Below the pieces are notes generated by a model that saw nothing but the letters and a program-made list of their open reading frames with translations, did no database searches and was not told the origin of the DNA. The position numbers and the translations under genes were made by a program. DNA of 64,000 nt from Octopus sinensis. Taxonomy: Eukaryota. Where the stretch lies: assembly GCF_006345805.1 (NCBI RefSeq), contig NC_043003.1, positions 89,156,001 to 89,220,000 on the forward strand, read 5' to 3'. Positions 1-13,824 of the stretch are shown here, piece after piece (within the stretch, counting starts at the first letter, position 1; each line of letters opens with the position of its first letter).

Positions 1-2520
1 CTCCCTCCAACCATATCACAATATTAAAAATCAATTAAACCCAAACTACATTAGCCACAGACGATATAACAACCCTCAGTACATCCATAATCCAGTACAC
101 TCCACAACCACTCCACCACAAACATACTACCATAGACACACTTTACACCCACCTTTTCCTCAGCAAACCAAACAAAATACAGACCTTCCACTACAATCCA
201 CATGCTACAACCATTTTTTAGACGCAAACCAGAGAAACAGAGATGTGAAATGGAAACAAATAAACAAGTCCAACCGAAAATAATCAACCTGTCAAAAAAA
301 ATCCTGACTTCTATACAAATCAAAATCCTAGCAAGAGGTTTAAAATTTACCCCTACCCCCTGCAGATCGAACCCAAATGAAATCAAGGACAATACTTTGT
401 ACTTCTGCCGAAAATTGCGCCTCACAGAAGCTCTTTACAACTACACCAGTGAAGATGATTCAATAGTGAAAAACAAAAGTGAGTACCATCCTACAAAAGG
501 TAAAAATAAAGCACTTGATGTTTTCTGTGATCACATAACTTGTTTTCCTTACAATACCATTCCAAAACAACATATCAAATCCAACCTTAATTTAAATGAA
601 TGGAAAGACCTTGTCGAGCTAAAAAATGACATAAACCTCACTATTAAAGAAACCGACAAAGGAAGTGCGGTAGTATTGATGGATATAGAGTACTACAAAA
701 ATTTAATACTGTCCATGTTGGAAAATAATACTTACTATGAGAAACTAACATATTACAACCCATAGAAAACACTGAAAGACTTATTCTCCTTACTCCAAAT
801 TCATGGAAAGGTGTCTTACTACACATAAAATAGACTATTTATCCAATTTCAAATACAGTCCTAGTCTATTCTACGGATTACTCAAAATACATAAAAATCC
901 ACACATTTGTGAAACCTGCAAAGTCTCTACAAGCCTATGCATTAATGTCCCTCCCCCTACTGACCTCAAACTGAGACCCATCATAGCTGGCCCTTCTTGT
1001 GAAACCCACCGTTTGAGCAACTTCCTCGACATATTACTCAAACCTTTTTTAAAATATGTGAAAAGCTTTATCAGGGATGACCTAGACATGCTGAACCACC
1101 TCCCGAAGACAGTAAAGGACAGAACACTACTGGTATCTTTCAATGTGGTAAATCTATACACCTATATTCCACACGACTATGGTATAGAAGCAATCACATT
1201 TTGGCTAGAAAAATACCCAGAAGAGATCTCAGGACGAATTAACCACTATTTTATAATTGAAGCACTGAAATTCGTCCTGCTGAACAATCATTTCTTGTTC
1301 GATACTACTTACTATCGACAAAAATGCGGAATTGCAATGGGAACCAGAGCTGCTCCAGTGATTGCAAACCTCGTAATGGGTTACCACGAACTCAAGTTAT
1401 ACCAATCATCACTAGAAAAATATGGCGCCTATTTTAATTGCTACTTAAAGGAGAACTGGAAGAGATATTTAGATGATTGCTTCATACTTTGGAAAGACAG
1501 CATTGATCAACTCCTTGATTTCAAAAAAATGCTCAACAACATACACAGCAATATACAATTCACTATGGAACACAACAGTAAGCAACTCCCTTTTCTAGAC
1601 ATCTTAATTAGAATAGTTAACAACCACATAGAAACAGACATCTTTTATAAACCCACAGATTCTAAACAATACCTATTATTTAACTCCTGCCACCCCAAAC
1701 ACATAAAAATCAACATACCCTTTAACCTAGCGAAAAGAATCTGCACCATAGTTTCCGATACATACACTCGAGAACATATACTCCTTGAACTTAGATCTAC
1801 ATTAACTAAAAGACATTACACAATCTCATTAGTAAATGAAGGCATCAAAAGAGCTAAGGAAATAGGTATACAAATGTTAAGGAAAACTAGCCGAAATACT
1901 AAACAAGACTTAAAAATACTCCCGTACATTTCCACACATAACCCTAGAAACAACGAAGCAGCCTTCAACATCATCACCCAAAATCTTCCCATCCTCACAG
2001 CAGACAAAACAGTGAACGAAATTTTAAGCTCATATAAATTTATAAAAAGCAAAAAGCAACCGAAGTCACTGAAAAAAATATTAACCAGCACTAGACTATC
2101 CACTAACAACAGAGCCAAAAGTGACAAAATGTGGACGTTCTAACTGTGGAACATGCCCCCACCTTCTGGAGGGTTCAGAATTCCAATTCAAACAAGGAGA
2201 AATATTTAAGATCAAATCAAATTTCACCTGCGCCTCAGTAAACGTAATCTATGTCATGGCATGCATAGGATGTGGTAAACTCTATATTGGACAAGCAGGA
2301 ATTTTGCTCCGTCAAAGAATCACCATTCACAAAGAGCAAATCCGTCACCCACAATACAGACAGTTAAAGGTGAGTGAACAATAGAAAGGTGTGCCAGGAA
2401 TTTTAATCCCAATTTCCAAATATTTCCCTTTTACCAATGTTCACAGAACACCACAATGCAACAAAAGTTGAATAAAGAGGCATTTTTCATCAATAAATTT
2501 CTCCCCTAACTAAATATGGA
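1..2520 (+). mobile_element. Penelope-like retroelement (Neptune-like): frameshifted RT plus C-terminal GIY-YIG endonuclease; 5' part probably runs off the window
   Basis: ORF pieces 202-765, 803-2143 and 2121-2384 carry PLE motifs KILARGLKFTPTP, FYGLLKIHK, RPIIAG, GIAMGTRAAPVIANL, WKRYLDDCF and LPFLDI. The linker has CGRSNCGTC and the endonuclease has NVIYVMAC..C..LYIGQ. The first catalytic Asp reads SFNVVNLY (D to N), so this copy is inactive. Confidence 0.9.
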
Positions 2521-2924
2521 CACACAACTCAATACAGAACACCACTAACCCCTATACACTTCCTACACCACTCACATCTCTAAATCCAGAACTACTTACC
2601 TCCCTTACAAATAATCTTTTTTCTCAGGAACTATTAGACCTGACACCGTGTATTAGCCCATGTTTTTCAAGCGATGAATAGCTTTGCGTAAACCATGGTT
2701 TGCTTTGTTCTCTTACTTTATTATCATCTTATAATCATCTCATAATAATGACTTTTATGACTCTTATTACTACCTCAGTCAATCTAAATGTATATATTTG
2801 TCGTTACCTGTCATAAATAGCCTTTTTTTTATTTGCAATGTGCATTTTCGTTGATTTTTCATATTTTACCCTTACATTTCCATATGTATTTTATATTTTA
2901 TATTTTCTTTTTGTAACATATTTC

Positions 2925-2966
<42 letters not shown>

Positions 2967-3537
2967 GGGGGTCTGTCTGTATCTATGTGTGTGTGTTTGG
3001 CTGTACATAGCGGATATAGTAGTATATGTATATGTTTACTAGGGTTTAACTGTAGATATGTGTGGAGATGTATGTGTAAATCCATGTATTTAATGCTGTG
3101 CATAATGAGGCATACTTGTATACACTCGAACATATTAGCTTATATATGTGTGTATGAGTACATGTTTATACACACACACATATACATATACTATAAACTA
3201 TAAGCTAGTAACTCTTGTGTAAACTGACCATTCAACATAACAATATCAAATTACAACTTCAATCAGTATTTCAGAGAGTGGTCAGTGGTCGAAATTAAGA
3301 ATTTATTTATTACCACTGCCATCCCATCAAAGCCAAAATCTTATTCTCAGCCCTTCAGTATCTTATCTCTTTATCTCTTACTCTACTTTATATTCTCAAT
3401 TCTTTTGTTTTTATCTTTTTTTTTGTTACTTTATTCTTATTTGGCTAATTCTTATTTATATGTGGTTCTAACTTTATTATCCTTATTTTTACTTTTTTAT
3501 TATTTTTGCTTTTATTACTCTTGTCTTTTGCTTCCAG

Positions 3538-6500
3538 GAATTACAACTGTGTTTCATGGTCTGCTACCACAACAGCTCCTTTATAGGATCCAGCTAGCTC
3601 TAGACATCATCAGGAAGAACCACGTCCGGTTTCGGCCCCTACTCCTCTACCGTTTTCGGAGGTTCCCTGGCCTCTTCGATGTATCATCAGTGAGTGTCAG
3701 CTGGTGACTGACTGACTTGTCAAAGTTTTTCCCTTTAAATACTTGCCGCTAGGCTCCAGCAGGCAGCCCCAGCAAGTTGTCACGTGACACTGTCTCAACT
3801 TTAACTGACCAATGAAGGCAGGTAGTCTTAGCCCACGCATTCTCTAAACGACCATCATTTGTCAGTCAGCGAAGCTGATTCAGTGTCAGCTTGTCTCACC
3901 TAGTGATGTTATTTCCCGCCGGCATGTTATGACTTTCAAGCCATTTTTGGTTTTCCCTCTTCAGCCATATATAGAAGCTGGCTTTTTCGACTGCCTCCTA
4001 TACTCTCCTTATTAGTTTTCGTAGCTCTGAGCTAGAAAAAAACAAATCTTCTTTTGAATAGCGTTGTCATTTTCCTTTCAATGAAACCTCTAGCCCCTAC
4101 TGTGGTAATACTTGACATTCCATCCCTGTTCTCTGCACTCTTCGATTAGTTTTTCGTACCTCTTCTCCTTTCATTCCTCTGCATTGCCAATGGCACTGTC
4201 AGTTCTAGTAAAATTCCTATTCTCCGTTCTCTGTTCCATAGGACTAAATCTGGTCTTTTTGTCGTTTTTATTAGTGGAAATATTACTTGTCTTTTCAAGT
4301 CTGTGGCCAGCTCCCAGTATCCCTTCCATCTTTCGTCTATCTCGTATACTTTACTTGTAGGCCTGGTTTTATAACCTTTACCCTCCTTGTGGAAGTATAC
4401 TTTCCTGAGCTTTTCTATCTTTGGTTACTCTCCCCTATTGTACCTCTTGATCTTCTCCTTGAGTGCTGCGCTTATGACGTTGAGGACTTGATTACGTCGC
4501 CACGTATACCTTTCTTGTGCTGATCTGCAGTTTGACAGAACATGTCTAACCGTCGCTTTCTCTCCGCATCTACACTCATTGGTTGTTTTTATGTTCCACC
4601 AGACTAAGTTCGCCGGTGAGGGTAGAACGTCGAAGGTAGATGTGATCAGGAAGGATGTTCTTGCTCGTTCCCAAGCCCAAAGTTCCTTCCATGATATTCT
4701 GCGGCTGATCATATATTCCTCCCATCTCAGGCACTGTCCCTGTTGACTATATTGCACCAAATGTACATTTCGCCTTTCTTCTTCCTCCTTTCTCACTTCG
4801 TATACCACTGCCTCTTTCATCTCTTTTATACTGCTCTTGCAAAATGGCCTGAAATTTTGCGACCCTAGGCCGGTTCTTGCTTCTTGTATTGCTCCGACTA
4901 TATCTGCGTGCCTTAGTTTTCTGATCACCCTGTTTACTGCCGCTTCCGCCTTCCATTTCCTCCCTGTTCGTACCTTTGGAGGGTTTTCCCGGATGCTCTG
5001 ATCTTTTGAATACCTTAGCATCATTACTGCCCTTGCCTTTCCTGCCTTATATTCTTTGGCGATTGATGTTATTGGTAGTTGCAGCACAGGTTTTCCATAT
5101 AGTGCAGTTGTATTCAGTGGTTTCAGCAGACCAAGCCATTTTCTGATAAACACACTGCATCTTTGTTCCATCCTTTCTACTCTACTTGAGGCTATTTCGT
5201 ACATTTGCAATGGCCACATTATTCTTGGGTACAGCCCAAATTGCAGTATCCAACATTTGAATTTTCCCGGCAGTGTTGTTCTGTCAATTGCCTTTAATCC
5301 TCGTTCTACTAACTCGTGTGTTTCTTTCCCTTGCTTCTTATCATTTAATAAATCTCTATACCATCTGCCGAGACTCTTTACTGGTTGTTCTTTCACTGTT
5401 GGTATGTCTTCACCTCCTATCCTGAATTTCACTTCTTCTTGCCTTCCTTTCACGAAAGCCACGCTTCGAAATTTTTTGGCTTTGAATTTCATCCTTGCCC
5501 ATCCTATCAGTTCGTCCAACCACTCTGCTGCTTCTCTACTTTCCGATAATACAGTTACGCCGTCCATAAAAGTCCTTAATGGTGTCTTTGTAACAGCTTT
5601 CTCACAGTTTGTAGGTCTAAGTAACATTTCCATGACTAACACGAATAAGATAACTGATATCGTGCATCCGGCTGCAATACCTATTTCAAGCCGTTGCCAC
5701 TCTGTTGTGAACTTTCCTGCTGTAAATCTCATCCTCAGGTTGTCGTAGTAGGACATGAGCATTCGTTGAACATCTTTTGGGATCCAAAAGAAGTCCATCG
5801 CAGTTTTTATTAGTGTGTGCAGAACAGATCCATAAGCATTGGCAAGATCTAGCCAAACAATATACAGGTTTTTCTTCAGTTGTTTTGCACAGGTGATGGC
5901 TTCCCAGATGGCAAATGCGTGTTCTATGCATCCAGGGATTTCGGGGATTCCTGCTTTTTGGATTGCTTCATTAACGTACACGTTATGCTGTACGAATCTT
6001 GTGATTCGTCTAGCAATAATTCCAAACAAGATTTTCCCGTCAGTATTTAATAATGAAATTGGTCTAAATTGACCTAGTGTTTTTGCATCTTTCTCTTTAG
6101 GTAGATAGATACCTTCAGTTATACACCATCGCTCCGCTACATCTTTCTTCTTCCACATTTCTCTTATCAGTGCAAACAGCTGCAAATGTAATTTCGGGCA
6201 ATATTTATATACCTTTTAGCTCACTCCAATGTTCCCTGGTGAACATTTTGCTCTTGCTTTTCTTATGAACTCATCCATTTCCTTCCGTTTGATGTCATTC
6301 AAATCAAATGGTACTCTTGGTTCAGGTGGTTTCTTCAGTCCGTGCATTTCTGGGAGTACTTTATTTCTGTCAGAGTCACTGTATGTCTCTTTCAGATGTT
6401 GTTCAAGCTCTTCTTTCATGCAATCTAATTTTCCACTTTTACTTTCAGTAAATAGATGTTTCGCATATTGATAGGGATTGTTCACAAAGCTACGATAGTT

Positions 6501-7347
6501 CTTTTCTCTCTCCTTTCTTCTGCTCTTCCTTCTTTGTTTTCTTAGCAGATCTCGATGCCTCTTTTTTATCTCTTCATATAGCTGCTTTAGCCCTTCTCTT
6601 TCCTCCTCCTTTGCATCCCTTCATCTGGTTCTGAGTTTTTTCTTCTCTTCTCGAATCTTTGCAATCTGTCTTCCTCTCCTCGATGGTCTGCTCTTTGCCA
6701 TTGATTCTACCTTCCTTGTTGTTTCCAGTCCAAATCTTTTCTCTCTTTCCTGGTAGATTGTATTAGCCAGGTTTTCGAGTTTTTGTTCGTCGTCGCCTTT
6801 GAATTTGGTGGTCATTCTTGCTACAACGTTGTCAATTTTTTTATAACTCGCTGCATCATTTGCTTTCAGCCACTTAGTCCTCTTCACGCCTATCAGTCTT
6901 TTTAATTGTTCCAATTCAACTGTGGAATGAACCTCACTATGGTTATTTTCCGGGGGCTTCTGGCCACACGTCTTGTGGTTTATCAACCCACGTTGTTGAA
7001 TTACTTTCTTCTGACACACCTTCCCTTGGTGGATTCTCAGCCCGATGTAACTAGCAAACACCTTTCCGCAGCAACTGAACTCCTCATCTACCATTCCTAT
7101 ACCGTTTCCTTTCTCATTGTCCATTTCAGGTTCAAGTCCATTTCGTTTTTTTCCGTCCCTATTTGATCTTTTATTCTAGCCCCATGGTCTGGGATCATGG
7201 GGGCATGATTTCCCATGTTTATTCGTTGCAATTTTACCCCGGATCAGGCTGCAAGCCCATTTGATCCTTCGTTACGCTGTCGTACTGTCAAGCGTCTCTC
7301 CGCTTTGTCATCCCTCTTTCTGGATTGTCAGCAAGTCTTTCCCTGCA
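3538..7347 (-). mobile_element. HERO-clade non-LTR retrotransposon (RT plus restriction-like endonuclease), full length but frameshifted
   Basis: N-terminal zinc finger CCGKVFASYIGLRIHQGKVC (6621-7124). RT in 4425-6185 (FRPISLLNTDGK, WLDLANAYGSV, GIAAGCTISVILF). Knuckle CRCGEKATVRHVLSNC. My translation of about 3900-4330 gives KRPDLVLWN..ILLELTVP and EKASFYIWLKR. Candidate 15-bp TSD gtcttttgcttccag (3523-3537) / gtcttttacttccag (7348-7362). Confidence 0.88.
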
Positions 7348-7715
7348 GTCTTTTACTTCCAGTACTCTTGCTCTTTATTTCTTATTTTTTATTTTTTTAT
7401 TTTTTAAACTTTTAACTTTTATCCTTTTCTCTCTATTTTTTCTTTTTTTTTTCTTTCTATCTTATTTTCCTTCCTATCTTATATAAGAGAATTGAATATA
7501 AACCCATTCCAATCTATTTAACATTCACTCTATGTTGACTGGTGATACAGTATGGGCAGATTTTCGAAATCCAATAAATCTTTATACATTTATACAGTTA
7601 GGAAATTTTACAAATACACTTTTTCAAGGAGATATGATAAACCTATTTTAATGGGTAATACTGGGTACTTTTCATATTTTTTATATTATGATGTAATTCT
7701 TTGGACTAACAATGT

Positions 7716-7810
7716 TTGCGGCTGAAGAGAGCTTTAAACCATCTTTTATATCAATAATACACTGATGTAATAACAGATTGTTTATAAAGCTTGAAACATG
7801 TGTACCGTGA
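7716..7810 (+). ncRNA. Type I hammerhead ribozyme fold (orphan)
   Basis: Stem I ttgcgg/ccgtga; core CTGAAGA at 7722-7728; stem II gagcttta/taaagctt; GAAAC at 7793-7797; short stem III AC-atgt-GT; GTA triplet at 7802-7804. Confidence 0.7.
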
Positions 7811-7942
7811 TATCCTTTTTGTTCTGTTTTTAATTTTATTTGATATATTCTCTCTCACCTCTGCCACTATCTGGCATATATAAGTGCTTCACCCTAATAT
7901 AAGTATTCACCCTAAATTTACAGTACCTACTTGATACACACA

Positions 7943-8248
<306 letters not shown>

Positions 8249-8271
8249 ATATATATATATATATATATATA

Positions 8272-9900
8272 CAGTGGCGGCCAAAATGTTCAGAATGGCA
8301 TTGTTTTCGTCAGAAAAGTAGATATAATTTTTTATCAAAGTTGTTTTATATTCTATAATTTTCACAGACAATAAATACGATATTATTTGTTATTGCCTGA
8401 GATTTTTGTGTAATTTGAGAGGATAATACAAAAGTTATGGATGATTTAGTGATTTACTGCAAAACCCATGGCGGCCAAAATGATCAGAGCGGTTGCTTTT
8501 ACTCCGTGTTTTAGTATATTTAACCGGCGAACTCTTATGTTTTGAATTTGTTTACATGACGGTTCGTTTACTAAACATTAGTAAGAATATTTGCAGTGTA
8601 CTTTGTTAATATAATGCCACTTACACCGTTACCAATTCATCAGCAGATTATTAAGCTTCGAAGGAAGGATAATTTAAGTATTGGATCTATTGCAAAGATT
8701 GTTAACAAGTCAAAAAGTGTTGTACACGGTATTCTTAAGGTCTACGATGATTCTGGTTCGTGTGGAGCAAGAGAGTTTACAGGTAGGCCAAGAAAAACGA
8801 CCAAGAGAGAAGATCGTGCTATGGTAAAGTTGGTTAAAAAGAACAGATTTAAAACTGCTGCTGCTGTTTCTCGGAAAATGAGTATTGTATTGAAGAAAAC
8901 TTTATCTCAAAAAACTGTGTCTCATCGTTTAGTTGAAGATGACCTACAAGCAAGAGCACCTGCAGTGAAGCCACTGATCATCTCCAAGAATAAAAAGTGT
9001 CATCTTCCCTTTGCAACCGAACATGTGTTGTGGTCTCAAGAAAAATGGCAAACGGTGCATTTCAGTGATGAATCTAAGTTTATGTTATTTGGCTCAGATG
9101 GGAAAAGGTACGTTCATAGAAAAGTAAGTGAAAAATTGTCGCCTAAATGCCTTAAGACTAGTGTTAAATTCGGTGGAGGAAGTGTCATGGTTTGGGGTGT
9201 TGATATCTGGAGATGGTGTGGGCCCTTTGGTGCGATTACATGGAAAGGTAAATGCAGGAGTTTATAAAAAACTTGTAAAAGATCATGTCTTGCCTGTGCC
9301 GAGAAATTCAACAAAGCGACCACCCATATTCATGCAGGACAATGCCCCATGTCACAAGGCTAAGGCGGTCATGAACTTCCTCAAGGCTGAAAAGGTTATT
9401 GTTATGGATTGGCCTGCTCAAAGCCCAGATCTCAATCCTATTGAAAATGTATGGAATATTCTAGGAGAACGTTCGAAAGCCAGAAATCGTAAAACAACTG
9501 AGCAATTATGGAATGCCCTTCAGGAAGAATAGAATAAGATCACCCAGCAAGAAATTGAAAATTTAATTTCCTCATGCAGTCGAAGATGTCAAAGTGTCAT
9601 TGAAGCTAAAGGGCTTCACACTAGATATTAAATAATTCCAGTATTCTCTGTAATTTTTTATTATCTTGTTATTTTTTCAACCGTTCTGATCATTTTGGCC
9701 GCCATGGGTTTTGCAGTAAATCACTAAATCATCCATAACTTTTGTATTATCCTCTCAAATTACACCAAAATCTCAGACAATAACAATTAATATTGTATTT
9801 ATTGTCTGTGAAAATTATAGAATATAAAACTACTTTGATAAAACTTATACTTACTTTTCTGACGAAAACAATGCCGTTCTGAACATTTTGGCCGCAACTG
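8272..9900 (+). mobile_element. Tc1-family DNA transposon with about 224-bp IR/DR terminal inverted repeats and TA TSD
   Basis: Left TIR 8272-8495 and right TIR 9678-9900. Each TIR carries two direct repeats, GGCGGCCAAAATGTTCAGA and GGCGGCCAAAATGATCAGA. TA on both flanks. Confidence 0.95.
8614..9631 (+). pseudogene. DD34E Tc1 transposase with one +1 frameshift (about 9200) and one premature TAG (9530-9532)
   Basis: FTGRPRKTT, VHFSDESKF, GGGSVMVWG, FMQDNAPCH and SPDLNPIENVW, with 34 residues between the second D and the E. The reading frame resumes after the TAG and runs to AKGLHTRY*. Confidence 0.92.
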
Positions 9901-9906
9901 TATATG

Positions 9907-10055
9907 TATGGTAAGAAGCTTGCTTCCCAGCCACATGGTTCCGGGTTCAGTCCCACTGCATGGCATCTTGGGCAAGTGTCTTCCACTATAATCTCAGGTC
10001 GACCAATGCCTTATGAGTGAATTTGGTAGACAGAAACTGAAAGAAACCCGTCATA
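9907..10055 (+). mobile_element. tRNA-derived SINE, 5' fragment (same family as 38964-39359)
   Basis: tggtaagaagcttgcttcccagccacatggttccgggttcagtccc...gaaactgaaagaaacccgtc matches the head of the full-length copy. Confidence 0.8.
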
Positions 10056-11170
10056 TATATATTTTAGTGTGTGTGTGTATTTGTGTTTGTGTGTGTGTGT
10101 GTGTGCGTGTGTGTGTGTGTGTGTCTATCCTCTCATATGTGGAGGCAAACAGGAGTTTATAGGGAAGCATAAGTTGGGGGGGGGTCAACTTCTGGTCTGG
10201 TCTGCATAAGCAGTGGTCTGCACAGGCATCAATGGTTAGGAAATTCCTACCTATCTTAGCAGTAGATGGGATAACACTAATGCCCCTGCAATTAGCAACA
10301 TTAACACTAGTAACAGTGGCAATGAGAATACTACACAACCTTCTTTTAATTTTCATACAGCTAGAGAGGATTTAAACTCACACTTGAATTAGACTCATCA
10401 ACCTACCTATACATTATCTAGTAAAAAATCTAAGGTTGTGAATTCTAATACAAATCTTTGAAGTACTGTTTTCCCAAGTCTTGGTCCTGGAATAAATACT
10501 ACCCAAGACAACCATTATCAATTAGGTCCACTTAGTCACTATAATCATAAGTCTGGTTTATCTCTCTGATAATATCTCTGATAAGCCTGGCTTATCCCCC
10601 TTTCCATCTCCATAGTAGAGTCACTAACACCCTGTTCCTACTTTGAGGATAAATGATCGCATCGAACAACATAGAATACTAATGGAGCATGAACCCACTG
10701 GTTGTTGGAGAAATTGTAAATGTTGGGTCTCCCAACTCTGTTAAATGGGTTTTGCTTGTGCTATAATATGGTATATAAATGTTAGGTCACAACACCATCT
10801 TCCCACCAGGCGAGTGTATACATAAGGGGATACGTTTGACTTTAAGTGACACTAACTTGTTCACCTAAGCTCCTTCCCAAGTTTAGAGCCTCTAAACTAG
10901 CTATATCCCTAACCACTTCCAAACACTGGCTCAAGTCCCAGGGTATACCTTATACCTTATCCTGGTCCATAGTTTGCAGTGGAACCCCATAGAATGCTAA
11001 CATTTGCATTTGTAAATTATGTTGCTGGGAATCACTCACAATATTATGCCAAAATTCTCTCATTTAATTTTCTCTTGCAGACAATAATTCTATAGTACTG
11101 TTGCTCATTATGTAAGTTCAGTAAAATTTCTCCTCATTTTAGTTAAAACCATTTTCTCATAGACTTTCAA

Positions 11171-11262
<92 letters not shown>

Positions 11263-11591
11263 TTCCTAATCTCTCAATGAGAGATATTCAGTAGCAGTAA
11301 TTTAAAGTAAAGGTTACTTGCCAGACTAATGTAGCAGTCCCGGTTGGGATGAATGCTACTGTTGTTTAGCCCCAGGAGACAAATTAGAGATAAAACCACT
11401 ATTATGCAACTCAAACAGTGATAAATATAAACCAAAACATAAATAACAGATAAAATATATTTTTATAAAACATATAACTACATCTCAAAAAGTATAAAAA
11501 TGAATAATCAATAACGGTGGTGCCCCAGCATGGCCGCGGCCTTCGGGCTAAAACATTTTTAAGGAGTTTAAGGATTTATATAATAAGTAAA

Positions 11592-11696
11592 AACACTACG
11601 TACGTTTCATGGCTACAATTAAATTCGAATTACAATTAAATTTAAATTTAATTGAAATGAATACAATTTAAAATTATAGTCAATCTTCAGGTTAAC
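11592..11696 (-). ncRNA. Degenerate type I hammerhead ribozyme
   Basis: The minus strand reads CTGAAGA-ttgactataatt...aattgtagccat-GAAAC-gtac-GTA. Long stem II, palindromic loop III; stem I pairs poorly. Confidence 0.5.
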
Positions 11697-13824
11697 AATA
11701 ATAGTTAAATAAATAAGCAAATAAAGTTAAACAATATTTATTTAAAAAATAAATAAAATAATAATTGTTCTTATAGAAGAAACTCCATTAATTAAATTTC
11801 AAACTTAAAATATTAGGATTAGTTTCCTACAACACATTTATTATAAATCCTTAAAATCCTTTAAAATGTTTTAGCCCGAAGGCCAATATTTAAGGTAAAA
11901 AAAGGTAGAGTAAATAGATAGAAATATGTATTAATATGTGAAGATATAATTTAGCTTAAAAAAAACATTAATAAATTATAGAATATCTTTAACCCAGTTA
12001 TACTCCAATATTTAATTAGCAAATTATTTAACAAAATAATCACTATTAATATTTTTAGATTTTTGTTCGCATATAATAATTATAAAATAATAAATACATA
12101 AAAATAAGTATCTAAATTATAATCAACAAATATAGTAATTAAAAATCTAAATTTTTTCTATCAATAAACGTATAAACATATAACCAAAAATAAATTAGTC
12201 CATTATTACTTACATAAATATTATAGATATCTATAGAAAATATTTATGAAATACAATTTAAAAATTGAAAAATTCAAATTAAAAATTTATAACCTACGTT
12301 TATAAAATACTTATTATTACTATTATCAAAAACATTTTTACGATCTATATTGCAATGTGACTAACTAACATCTTAGAATTTACGTTCAGATATAATAATT
12401 ATAAACTAATAATAATTAAATAAATGTACATATCTAAATTATCATTAACAAATAAAAAAAATTATAAATTCAAATTTAACAATCAATAGTTATATAGAAT
12501 ACAATGATATTTCTTAAATAAAAACGTTTACTTATCTCTCAAAAATCGTGTCATTAACTAACATTTCAAAACGGAAAACGTCTTATTAAGTGTTTATAAA
12601 AACTCGTGGAATTACGTTATTAAAAGAAATAGAACAAACAGATGGAAATATACATTTTATCAATGAAAACTACAAATATATTTTAGCTTTAATAGGTAAA
12701 GAGAATAAAATCTCTAAGAGAGAATAAAATCACTATACACTATATCTTTCACTATAAAACTAAAATTTTAAATTAAGTACGATAAATTATACTCAAAACT
12801 CTATAAATTAAAATAATTTATATAACTACTATTTATTGTATATTCTCTAATAATCTTATACAAATTAATTTATTTCATATATATAAATATGGTTATGTTA
12901 GAGCCAAATCTTATATTAAACAAAACAACTTTTAGACACATTCTATATTAACTCACTAATTCAATCAGTATCTATACTATAACTACTAATTAATAAATTT
13001 AAGTTGATTCAAAAACTATAATGTAATTAATATTCATTAATAAATAATATTAATTAATTAAATAAACACCTAAATAAATCTAATTCGAAATATATAATAT
13101 AAATACATTTTGATTAATATATAAAAAAAATTTATTACAATCTATAAGCTTAACTGTCAATTACAACAAATATATATTATATATTATAATAATATTCAAA
13201 ACAAATGCTAAAATAATAAATTAAACTTATTATATAAGTAAAGTAATTTATATTTAGATCAAATACTTTGCTCATTAATTAAATAAATAAAGTACATATT
13301 ATCATTATAAATAAATAGTACATAAAGAAAAAAATATTTTACTACATATTCAAAATTATTTATTTAATGTTACTAAAACTATTACCAAGAATATATATAT
13401 ATACTTAATACTATTAATTTTAGTAGACATATAATAAGCATAATAATAATAATATCAACCACAACAATAACAAAAAAAATTAATGAAATAACTATCTTTT
13501 AAACTATGTTCATTAAATAAATTATATATTTAGTAATTAAATAAACATCTAAATATAATCTAACTCTAAGTATTTAAAAAACCTTTACTAACTTGTATTG
13601 ACTTATATTCAAACCACCTACAGAAGTGCAATCACAACACTACTATATTAATTAATTAATAGTTTATTAATTTAGACTTATTAAATTATGTAATATACAA
13701 TATATAATCACATGCTAAATTATAGAATTAATAATAGTACAAAATATAACTACAAATTAGAGACAAAAATAGGGTTTAAATATAGTTGCTATTTATCTAA
13801 AAATTTATTATATAAGTAAATTCA

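Noticed and set aside
2650-2705. Hammerhead-like motif after the first PLE (aagcgatgaatagctttgcgtaaaccatggtt)
   Set aside because: Both core boxes deviate (CGATGA, GTAAAC) and stem I is unclear. At best a dead remnant.
3550-3690. CTGATGA/GAAAC pairs in the HERO 3' UTR as a hammerhead
   Set aside because: Stem II is not closed next to the cores and stem I is not contiguous.
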